From: a virus
Lineage: Duplodnaviria; Caudoviricetes
Length of the DNA stretch: 51,242 nt
Direction: 5' to 3' (one strand)
IMG/VR virus record: IMGVR_UViG_3300021080_000001
Coordinates: 1 to 51,242 of that record
Part shown: piece after piece, positions 1 through 8,114 of the stretch
How positions within the stretch are numbered: position 1 is the first letter of the stretch
Layout of the letters: every line of letters starts with the position of its first letter
Translations under genes and position numbers: made by a program
Notes under the pieces: generated by a model
What the model was told of the DNA's origin: nothing
Databases searched by the model: none
Seen by the model: only the letters and a program-made list of their open reading frames with translations

Positions 1-127
1 AAAATGCTCACGTGGATGTCTCCCGAAATATCCAAGCCTTGAGTGCAACGGGCCACGATCCTCTGGTTGACCTGGAGCGTTGCGGTAAAAGTCGTCTCCG
101 CTGATTGCGCAGGGTCGACCGAGAGCG
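1..127. repeat. Terminal direct repeat, left copy (circular assembly overlap)
   Basis: 1-127 is identical to 51116-51242. 127 bp is a common assembler k-mer size, and an ORF reads cleanly through the join. Confidence 0.95.
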
Positions 128-308
128 GTTGCACGTTCACGTCGGTGAGGTTGCCGGCATCGCGTTGCGCGATCTCGATTGTCGCAGGCTCGCGTTCGAC
201 CCATGCGAGCACGGTTACAGCGAGGGTCGTAGCGAGCATGGGACCGGTGTCGGCGAGAATTGCAGCCTTGCCCGGATTGGTGACTCTGCCGGCGGTGAAC
301 CATCCCAT
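1..308 (-). CDS. 104-aa hypothetical protein spanning the circular junction (continues 51115..51109); probable virion accessory protein
   Basis: Manual translation from ATG 308 (AAGGA about 10 nt upstream): MGWFTAGRVTNPGKAAILADTG...GDIHVSIFA*, with TGA at 51111-51109. Absent from the ORF track because it crosses the ends. Confidence 0.75.
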   Translation of the reverse strand, partial: MGWFTAGRVTNPGKAAILADTGPMLATTLAVTVLAWVEREPATIEIAQRDAGNLTDVNVQPLSVDPAQSAETTFTATLQVNQRIVARCTQGLDISGDIHVSI

Positions 309-328
309 TTGCGAATCGTCCTTTTCAT

Positions 329-1549
329 CTAGCTCGTGAACTCGGTCATGCGCGCGACCCCGGCGATCGTGGTCGATTGCAGACGGCCGCGCACGGCGCC
401 CGTGTAGGGTGGTAGGCCGCCCGCCATGCCGAAGGAGACCCCAGCGCCCGCCGGGATCTGCCAGTCGTAGGCGGTGGAGCTCACGAGCACGGTCGATAGG
501 CCGATGTAGAGGAGCGAGCCGGTCGTTTCGTTAAAGATCGTGCGGCCGAGCGAGTTTGCGTTCGCGGCAAAAAGGGCAACGTCGACTGAGGTGGCGGCGG
601 AGGTCCTCGAGGCCGACACGGCGTTCCGGTGGACGATCGGGCTCGCCGAGGAGATCATCACGGTCCCCACCATGTTGGCGCTCGAGCCCGCAAGAAGGGC
701 GACGGAGCCTGCAGTGATCGCGGTGGTGCCGGAGCTCAGCACGACCGTGCCGATCATGTTCGCGCTCGACCCGGCCGAGGAGCCGACGAAGTACCACGGT
801 TGGGTCGAGGACCCTGCTGAACCTTGGACGACGGTGCCGATGGTCTGGGTGCCCGAGCTCAACGCCACCGCCCCGATCTGAACGGCCGAGCTCGACAAGA
901 GGACCGTACCGATAGTCTGGGTGCCCGAGCTGATGAGGACAGAGCCCGTGATCGGCCATGGGCCGGTGGAGGAGGCGGCAGTGCCTTGGCCCACCGTGCC
1001 GATGTTTAGCTGCCCGGACGAGAGGGCGACCGTGCCCACGAGCTTGGTGGATCCAGCGCTCGTCAGGTTAGCGTCGACGGCGGTGCTGCCCGCGCCGCCG
1101 CCCGTGCTGATCACCCACCAGGGGGAGTTGGAGGAGCCGGCGGAGCCTTGGGCGACCGTCCCTATCAGGGCGGTGCTCGCCGCGAGGGTTACGCTGCCCG
1201 AGGAGACGCTCACCGAGCCTGCGAAGAACCAGGGGCTCGCCGAGGATCCAGGGGTTCCCTGCGCGACGGTGCCGATCGCGGCGGTGCTCGGATCCAGGGA
1301 CACCGCTCCGACGATGACCCAGGGTGCGGCCTGATCCACTGCTTGGATCCCGCCTGGGATGTTGCGGGTCACGAGGCCCAGCGCGCTTGACTCTGGGGTG
1401 GTGGAGGCGCCGATGAACCCCCGGGTCTGGCCGGCCGTTCCGTCGGCGATCTTCACCCACTGAAACTCATCGCCCGCGATACGCTCGGTCGCGACCGAGG
1501 CGGTCGTGTCTCCGGAGCCGGTGAGAGGAAGGGCAACCCGATCGACCAT
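329..1549 (-). CDS. Ser/Thr/Gly-rich repetitive protein, putative head fibre/whisker
   Basis: 406 aa with repeated IGTV(A/G/V)QG..SS..PW and IGTV.LSSG units and few charged residues; abuts neighbours in the late operon. Confidence 0.75.
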   Translation of the reverse strand: MVDRVALPLTGSGDTTASVATERIAGDEFQWVKIADGTAGQTRGFIGASTTPESSALGLVTRNIPGGIQAVDQAAPWVIVGAVSLDPSTAAIGTVAQGTPGSSASPWFFAGSVSVSSGSVTLAASTALIGTVAQGSAGSSNSPWWVISTGGGAGSTAVDANLTSAGSTKLVGTVALSSGQLNIGTVGQGTAASSTGPWPITGSVLISSGTQTIGTVLLSSSAVQIGAVALSSGTQTIGTVVQGSAGSSTQPWYFVGSSAGSSANMIGTVVLSSGTTAITAGSVALLAGSSANMVGTVMISSASPIVHRNAVSASRTSAATSVDVALFAANANSLGRTIFNETTGSLLYIGLSTVLVSSTAYDWQIPAGAGVSFGMAGGLPPYTGAVRGRLQSTTIAGVARMTEFTS

Positions 1550-2029
1550 CTATTTCCCCTGGGGGGTCGCGATGATTTCGCGGATGTTGCCCACCCCGTC
1601 CCGGTGCACTTCCATCTTCCAGGGCGTGGCGGGGGTAGGCGGTGCGGGTTTCGGGGGCGGCGGGGGTTTCATGGCCGCGAGCTTCGTGTTGGTTGCCTGG
1701 GCATTGGCGAGGGCACTTCGCAGGCCCGCGGTTGCGCCTTCGGCTTCCCCCGCCCGCACCGCCGCCTCTAGGGCGCGCTGCTCGGCTTGGCGAGCGCGGT
1801 CTTCGGCTTGAGCAATCTCGCCCTCGGCCTGGGTTCGGCGGCTGCGCTCGGCCTGGAGTTCTGCGCGTAGCACAGCCGCGTCCTGGAGGGCCTCGGTCAT
1901 GCGCTGCTCGCGCGCTTGGGTTTCAGCGCGCATCCGGGTGAGCTCCGGATCGTGCCGGGGGGCCTGCGCGGGCCGGGGCGGGGTCGCTTGCAGGCGCCCG
2001 GTCAAGTGGCTGTAGATTTTCGCGGCCAT
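1550..2029 (-). CDS. Coiled-coil protein with Pro-rich linker and C-terminal 'HRDGVGNIREI' motif
   Basis: ATG 2029 overlaps the upstream stop (TGATG); A/E/Q/R-rich heptad region. Confidence 0.7.
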   Translation of the reverse strand: MAAKIYSHLTGRLQATPPRPAQAPRHDPELTRMRAETQAREQRMTEALQDAAVLRAELQAERSRRTQAEGEIAQAEDRARQAEQRALEAAVRAGEAEGATAGLRSALANAQATNTKLAAMKPPPPPKPAPPTPATPWKMEVHRDGVGNIREIIATPQGK

Positions 2030-4623
2030 CAATCCCCCAGGAGGCACTGGGCGGCCGAGCGCACGAGCTGCGCGTCTTCTTCGGCGCGAGCGCGAGCTTC
2101 GCGCGCTTGGGTGAGCACTTCTGCCGCGCGCTGCCGGATCGGGGTGCCGTCGGCGTTCTGGCCCACGGTGAGTTCCAGATCCGGGTGCTGGAGGACGAAG
2201 CGGTCGGCTGCGGCAGCGAGAGGGTCCTTGGGCTCAGCCTGGATGGCTTCCCTTTCCATCAGGCGTTCGACGGCGCCCGGCCCGTACTGGTGCAGGCGTT
2301 CTTCTGCCAGGGGGAGGAGGTAGTCCATCGCGCGCTGCTCTTGTTTCCTGAGCGGCTCGCCTTGGGTGGCCTTGTCGATTGCTCGGCGCAGTTCCACTTC
2401 GTTCAGCTTCGCGCCCGGGGTGCGCACGAAGTCCGTCCACCACTCGGCTTTCGGGACCCATTTGGTGAAGGCGGGGGTGCCGAGCTTCTCCGGGTCTGCC
2501 AAGCGCGACATATCCAGGCGCCCGCCCATCTCGAGCCAGCCCGCCTCGCGGCCGAGCTCCCGGAGGGCGAAGGCCTGTTCTGCGCTTACCTCGACTATTT
2601 GGCCAGTTGTCCGCGCTTTGGGACGCGCCGGCGCCGGGAATTCCCCGGCGGCGGCAGGAGGGGGGGCGGCGGGGCCGCCCGCGGGGGGCGCTTGGGCGAT
2701 CGGGGCTTCTCCGGGGGCTGGGGTCTCCGGCGTCGCGAGTGGCTCCTGGGTGATCCTAGCGGGTCCTGGGCCCGTTTCCGCCGGGGGCGGCTCGGTCGGG
2801 TGTTCTCCGCCCAGCATGCGCGCCATGACCCCGCGCACCTCATCTGAGATGGGGGCGTTCAGCTTGGTGAGGCTTTCGTAGATCGCGAGCAGCCATTCCT
2901 TGAAGCGCTCGAACACCGCTTTCAGGCCGGGGGTTGGGGCGACGCCCTCCCCGAGGTAGGTCTCGAAGCCCCGGGCGAACTGCTCGTGGTAGGGGCGGCG
3001 GGCTTCCAGGTTCATCTGGTCCCAGGTCACCCCGTCCTTCACGCCGAACCAGGTGAGCAGGGTGTCCCGGTCGGCGGCAATGTCGGGGTGCCCTTCGCCC
3101 GCGAGCTCGTTCAGGACGTCCAGGTAGAAATGCCCCGATTCGTGGAGGAAGGTGGACCGGTCGGTGTGCTCAAGTGCGCCCACCACCGCCACGCGCCCGC
3201 CCGTCACCTCGAGCGGATAGCGCTCGTAGAGCTGCTCGGGGGTGAGCCCAGCGCGCTTCGCGGTGGCCTCATAGAACGCTTGCGTCAGGTCCTGGTAGGC
3301 CTGGCGCTCCTCGGGCCCGAGTTGCGGGGTGGCGCGTTCGATCTGGGCTTCGAGGGTTTTCGGTTCAGGTGCCCCCTCCGATGGAGTGCGCAGCTCCTCA
3401 CGGATCCTCGCCACTTCGGCGTCGAGAACGGGGGCTTGTTCAGGTGTAGCCAGATCGCGCTCGAAGGCGATCTCCTGCAGGCGCTCTCGCCGGGCCATCT
3501 CCGGGGTGATTTCAAAGGGCACGCGCCCGTGCGCGATTTCGTAGGGGGTTTCCAGGGTGGCTGCCTCGGTGATCGCGCGCTCGAGATCGTCGGGGTGGGG
3601 CAGTCGTTCTTCCTGGCGCACGCGTTCGGCTTCCGCCTGGAGCTCGCGGAAGCGTTGCTCGAGCGCGGCGGTTTCTTCCGGGGTCGCGCGTTCGACGTCA
3701 GGAGCAGGATGGTCGGTCACTTCCACAGGCCGATCCTTGGCGAGCTGGTCGATGGCGGTTTTCATGCGCTCGACGTGCGCGATCACGTCCTCGGGCCCGA
3801 CCGGCTTGCCGGGTGCGCTGTCGACGTTTAGGTGTTCGGCCTGGCGCAGCGCCGCGATCGCGTCCAGGTCCGATGGGTTCAGGCGCTCAGCCCAGGTGCG
3901 GATCCGGTCCCAGGCCGCCGCGCCTTGCGCCCTCGCTTCCGGGGACACGTGGGCCAAGCTCCCGAAGGCCATGCCGAGGAGGGCGTCCAGGGTCATCGCT
4001 TCGGGGTCGAAGGCGCGGAAGTCTTTCGCGGCCTCGGTATCGGCGAGGATGAGCTGGCTCGCCCCGCGGGTGGCCACCCCTTGAGTGACGTTGTAGCCGG
4101 CGCCGCCCACCAGGAGCCGCTCCCAGAGGTTGCGGCCGAGGATGGGAACCCAGAGCCCGAGGCCGGTTGCGGTACCCTGGATCGCTCCCACGGTGAGCGC
4201 CTTGGCCGGTGGCACACCCTTGGCTACGAGTTCCTCGCCCGCGCTCAGTTGCTCGGAGCCGACAGCCAAGCCGGGGGAGAGGATCACCTTGGGGATGAGG
4301 GAGGCCAAGCCGCCCACGACTTGGCCGGCGACGCCTACTTCGTTCGGGCGCGGGGTCCAGTAGTCGACCGCGCTCCCGAATACTTCGTCGTGCTCGCGGA
4401 AGTAGCGGTCCTGGGCCTCGGTGCCGCCGGTGAAGGCGTCTTGTGCGATCGGGCCCACGGCGCCCAGCATGTCGATCGCGCGGGCGGTGGTGGCAAACCC
4501 GCGCATGGTGTAGGTCGCCGAGCCGCGTACGAAGCCGTCGAAGGCGCCCGCCTCGGGGTTCTCTACCGGAGGGAGCGACGAGAGCCGATCGAGGGTCTCG
4601 GAGCGGTACAGATCTAGGGGCAT
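2029..4623 (-). CDS. Internal virion (ejection) protein with embedded zincin-like HExxH domain
   Basis: 864 aa, located after the tail tube and small internal proteins; Gly/Ala helical N-half; TFLHESGH...HEQFARGFETYL motif. Confidence 0.75.
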   Translation of the reverse strand: MPLDLYRSETLDRLSSLPPVENPEAGAFDGFVRGSATYTMRGFATTARAIDMLGAVGPIAQDAFTGGTEAQDRYFREHDEVFGSAVDYWTPRPNEVGVAGQVVGGLASLIPKVILSPGLAVGSEQLSAGEELVAKGVPPAKALTVGAIQGTATGLGLWVPILGRNLWERLLVGGAGYNVTQGVATRGASQLILADTEAAKDFRAFDPEAMTLDALLGMAFGSLAHVSPEARAQGAAAWDRIRTWAERLNPSDLDAIAALRQAEHLNVDSAPGKPVGPEDVIAHVERMKTAIDQLAKDRPVEVTDHPAPDVERATPEETAALEQRFRELQAEAERVRQEERLPHPDDLERAITEAATLETPYEIAHGRVPFEITPEMARRERLQEIAFERDLATPEQAPVLDAEVARIREELRTPSEGAPEPKTLEAQIERATPQLGPEERQAYQDLTQAFYEATAKRAGLTPEQLYERYPLEVTGGRVAVVGALEHTDRSTFLHESGHFYLDVLNELAGEGHPDIAADRDTLLTWFGVKDGVTWDQMNLEARRPYHEQFARGFETYLGEGVAPTPGLKAVFERFKEWLLAIYESLTKLNAPISDEVRGVMARMLGGEHPTEPPPAETGPGPARITQEPLATPETPAPGEAPIAQAPPAGGPAAPPPAAAGEFPAPARPKARTTGQIVEVSAEQAFALRELGREAGWLEMGGRLDMSRLADPEKLGTPAFTKWVPKAEWWTDFVRTPGAKLNEVELRRAIDKATQGEPLRKQEQRAMDYLLPLAEERLHQYGPGAVERLMEREAIQAEPKDPLAAAADRFVLQHPDLELTVGQNADGTPIRQRAAEVLTQAREARARAEEDAQLVRSAAQCLLGD

Positions 4624-7208
4624 CAGAGCGCCGCGCCTTCCATCATCTCCGCCGGGGTGGGCACGCGCTCAGGGGGCACGGTGCCGACAGCTTTGTTGAA
4701 GTCGATCAGGACCGGGCGCAAGGGGGGGGCGCCTGAGTAGGGCTGCATCTTCTTGCCGGTTGAGCGTGCTCTGGCCGCGGTGACCGCTGCGTCGACGGTG
4801 TCATGGCTGGGCAGATTCGCGCCCGCTTTCACGCGTTCGGCGGCGCGTTTGATGGCGATGTCTTCCTGGGCTTGGCTCGGTGCGCCGCCCTCCTGGAGCG
4901 CCGGGACGTCGACCTGGCCTTTTACCAGGGTCGGGATGTTGGTGGGCTTGCCCTGGTTCAGGCGCTTGTCGGTCACGGTGATGGAGAGCTCGGTCGTGGC
5001 CTCGCCTTTCTTGTTGTAGAGGACCCCGAGTTCGCCTCGCAGGGCATCGTCTTTCTCGCGCGAGACGAGCACCCCGTCGCCGGCGCGAAAGACGTAGCGC
5101 CCGTCGCCCACGCTCTCCAGGGGCAGGTCGCGCATGCGGCCCACCGTCATCCCTGCCGGGAGCTGCCCGCTTGCCTCGAGCTCGTCGATCCGGGCGCGCA
5201 CTCCGTCTTTAAACTGCCCGTAGGGCACCCCCCAGGGCAGGACGACGGAGCGCCCGTTGTAGCGGTCGATGCCGCCGGTGGCAAGACGGATTGAATCCTT
5301 CCAGCGGGTGCTGTCAACCACGCCACTCGCGTCCCCCGCTTCGGTTGATTTGGCGGCGTAGATGGCGAGCGCCGCCTGGTAGTGGGCGCTGCGAGCTTGC
5401 GGGTGGCCGGCGAAGGCGTCGCGCTCGTAGTCGGAGAAAAGCTGGTGCATCGTCTTCTCGTCCTGGCCTTGCGGCATGGGCCAGAGCTTGCCCTTGTCCG
5501 GGCTCCCGTCTTCTTTGCGGTTGGGGTGGAGGATCGCTTGGCCGCGCAGGATCAGGTCCGCCACTTGGTTGCCCTTCTCATCCTGGATCCCGCGCCCGGC
5601 GTAGATTCCGGCGATCGCGGTGACCGGGTCGTCGGGGGCGATCTGGCCCATGATGGCCGAGTAGGCTTCGGTGTCCTCCCCCGTGGCGCGCGCAAGCGAG
5701 GCGAAGTAGTCGCGCCGCTGCCGCACCGGCGCTTGGTGGATCGCCCCCACCAGGAGGTCCTTCTGTTCCTTCGTCAGGATCTTCATGGGGGCCTGGTAGA
5801 GGCCCGCCATCGTCCGGGCTCGGGAGGCGGCCTCGGCCAACTCGGGGGCGGCATCCTCGGGTTTGGCGAGGTTGATGGCGAGGGGCTGGGCGAGGCCCTG
5901 TCTCACCATGAATGATTGCGGGTCGTCTGCGATCAGGCGTTGCTGGTTGTTGTAGATCTCGCGCAGTTTGCCGACCATGGTCACGTCGAACTTGGTCGGA
6001 TCCTTGCGGATCGCCGCCTCGAGGTTCGACAGGTAGGATTCCTGCTGGGCGGGGAGCGCCTGGCGAAAGCGCCGGGTGGTCTCGGCGGTGGCGACCATTT
6101 GCGCTGCGGCCTGCTCAAGATCGGTCCCCTTGGCGGCGTCGATCAGGGGTTGCATCTGCTCCACGGTGGGCTCGAACCCGTGCAGGGTCATCGAGTTCAC
6201 CTGGTCGATACCGCGCTGGATCACCTTCTCCTGGCGCCGCGCTTCGGCCTCGGCGCGGCGCTCCAGGGTGTCCTGGCGGGAGAGGATGCGTCCGATGAGG
6301 AGGTTCTTCCTGCCTTCGTCCAGGCGCTCGTCCTTGGTCACGCGCTCCTCCAGAAACCCGAGCAGCTTCGGGTCGTCGCGCGCGCTCAAGAAGTCCGTCT
6401 GGTAGGTGTTGGAGAGGGTCTTTTGCTCCCCGTCCTTGATCACCTTCAGGAGCGAGTTCTGGGTGGCGAGGTCCATGTCCTTGCGGTTGGCGTCGTAGTA
6501 GTTCTGGGCGTACTCGACGTCGCCGTTCGCGACCGCGCTCCCGACCACGGCGGTGGCGATCTCGGTATCCGCGTTCTGCCTGACGGCGGCGGTTTCCTCC
6601 GGTCCCCAGCCGTGCTGCTTTTGCATGCTGTCGATCGCGGCGCCGATCCGGTCTTTCGAGATCTGCACGGCGTAGGGGTCATCCCAGCTCACCTGGGCGT
6701 TCCGCACCTCGGTCTTCACGGTACCCTCGAGCACTTGTTTCCCGTAGACGAGCGACTCGGAGTAGACGTGTTTTAGGATGTCCTGCTTGTACTGGATCTC
6801 GGCCACCCCCGCGCGCCGATTGAATTTCTCCCGTTGGCGGTCGTTCTGGAGGCCTTCGGCGATCGAGCCTTGGGCGTCCTTGAACTTCTGGCCGTAGTCT
6901 GCGAGGAGCGGCTGGGTGACGGCGGCGGCGCCCTTTTTCGTGGCGAACCCCTCGTCGCCCACGGAGAGGTCCACTTTTTTCTGCTGCAGCTGGTTGAACG
7001 CATCTTCCGCGCGCAGCGTGTCGAAGTGGTCCTGGGCGACGGCGATGTCGTTTGCGCCGGCGATGAGGTGCTGGCCCGCGGCGACTTCGGCGCGATCAAC
7101 CGCGAGGGGGGCATCGAGCCCCTGGGTGTCGATCTTCGCGACGCCGTAGCTCGGCCGTGGTTCTGCGGTGTCCCCCAGCGCGGTGCGGGTGGGCAGGGGC
7201 TTAACCAT
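4623..7208 (-). CDS. Internal virion (ejection) protein
   Basis: 861 aa, helical and A/Q/E-rich; synteny with podovirus ejectosome genes. Confidence 0.7.
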   Translation of the reverse strand: MVKPLPTRTALGDTAEPRPSYGVAKIDTQGLDAPLAVDRAEVAAGQHLIAGANDIAVAQDHFDTLRAEDAFNQLQQKKVDLSVGDEGFATKKGAAAVTQPLLADYGQKFKDAQGSIAEGLQNDRQREKFNRRAGVAEIQYKQDILKHVYSESLVYGKQVLEGTVKTEVRNAQVSWDDPYAVQISKDRIGAAIDSMQKQHGWGPEETAAVRQNADTEIATAVVGSAVANGDVEYAQNYYDANRKDMDLATQNSLLKVIKDGEQKTLSNTYQTDFLSARDDPKLLGFLEERVTKDERLDEGRKNLLIGRILSRQDTLERRAEAEARRQEKVIQRGIDQVNSMTLHGFEPTVEQMQPLIDAAKGTDLEQAAAQMVATAETTRRFRQALPAQQESYLSNLEAAIRKDPTKFDVTMVGKLREIYNNQQRLIADDPQSFMVRQGLAQPLAINLAKPEDAAPELAEAASRARTMAGLYQAPMKILTKEQKDLLVGAIHQAPVRQRRDYFASLARATGEDTEAYSAIMGQIAPDDPVTAIAGIYAGRGIQDEKGNQVADLILRGQAILHPNRKEDGSPDKGKLWPMPQGQDEKTMHQLFSDYERDAFAGHPQARSAHYQAALAIYAAKSTEAGDASGVVDSTRWKDSIRLATGGIDRYNGRSVVLPWGVPYGQFKDGVRARIDELEASGQLPAGMTVGRMRDLPLESVGDGRYVFRAGDGVLVSREKDDALRGELGVLYNKKGEATTELSITVTDKRLNQGKPTNIPTLVKGQVDVPALQEGGAPSQAQEDIAIKRAAERVKAGANLPSHDTVDAAVTAARARSTGKKMQPYSGAPPLRPVLIDFNKAVGTVPPERVPTPAEMMEGAAL

Positions 7209-7770
7209 AAGAGGGATCGGCGGGGGTGCCGCCCGTGTAGGTGAATTCGTTGATCGGAGTCATGGCGGGGCTGTTGTAGCCGTAGCGGGCGTAGAGCGAA
7301 CCGCCGGTACCGAGGATCTTGCCCGTAGTTTCGGTGGCGATCGCGCGGCCCTGAGCGAGGCTTGCGGCGGCGCCGATCTCCCCGCTCAGGCGGTCGGCGG
7401 CGGCCGACAGGCGCAGCTGGCGGGCTTTCTCCTCCCCCTGATAGAGGGCGAGATTCTGGCGGTAGGCGCCTTCACTTGCGATCCCGGCCACGATGTTCAC
7501 CACGGTCGGGTCGCTTGCGGAGCCGCCGCTTGCGGCGGCGAGGGCGATCGCCCGGGACTGGACGAGCTTGCTTTGCCTCACCTCGGAAAACACAGTGCGC
7601 TGGGAAGCGGCGATCGCCTGGCCCGCCTGCTGCTCGAGCTGGCCTGCTTCGAACTCGGCTGCAGCGCGCTTGCGGGCGGCGATCGCTTTTGCATCGGCGA
7701 GCGCGCGCGAGGCGCCCTCGGCTTGGAGGGCGAGACCGGCTGCGGAGACGGCTACGGCCGCAAACGCCAC
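7201..7770 (-). CDS. Small internal virion protein (T7 gp14-like position)
   Basis: 189 aa, Ala/Gly-rich, AAASGG motif; synteny. Confidence 0.65.
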   Translation of the reverse strand: MAFAAVAVSAAGLALQAEGASRALADAKAIAARKRAAAEFEAGQLEQQAGQAIAASQRTVFSEVRQSKLVQSRAIALAAASGGSASDPTVVNIVAGIASEGAYRQNLALYQGEEKARQLRLSAAADRLSGEIGAAASLAQGRAIATETTGKILGTGGSLYARYGYNSPAMTPINEFTYTGGTPADPSYG

Positions 7771-8114
7771 GTCGGCCTCCAGTAGAGTTCTTGCTCGACG
7801 TGCTCGAAACCCAAGGCGAGGAGCGTACGGGCGGATCCCGGGATATCGGGTTGGGCGAGCGCAACGACGGGGGCGCGCAGGCGATCCGCGGCGGCCATCG
7901 TCATGCGGGCGCAGCGGAGGATCAGCTTTTTCCAGCGCCTCAATTCGGGAGTGACCCGGGCGTAGAGCACGAGGCGGCCGTGGTCCTGGTAGTAGCCGCA
8001 GACCCCGAGTGTTCTGCCCTCCAGGATGACGGCGTAGGCGCGCCCGGTGCCCTTGGGGCGCTCGCCCAGCTCCTGGAGCATCGCTTGCGTGGCGGGGACG
8101 ATGGTGGGGTTCAT
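7752..8114 (-). CDS. GNAT-fold-like protein (T7 gp13-like position)
   Basis: Likely start ATG 8114 overlapping the tube B stop (ATGA); C-terminal SARTLLALGF resembles GNAT C-termini. Confidence 0.6.
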   Translation of the reverse strand: MNPTIVPATQAMLQELGERPKGTGRAYAVILEGRTLGVCGYYQDHGRLVLYARVTPELRRWKKLILRCARMTMAAADRLRAPVVALAQPDIPGSARTLLALGFEHVEQELYWRPTWRLRP

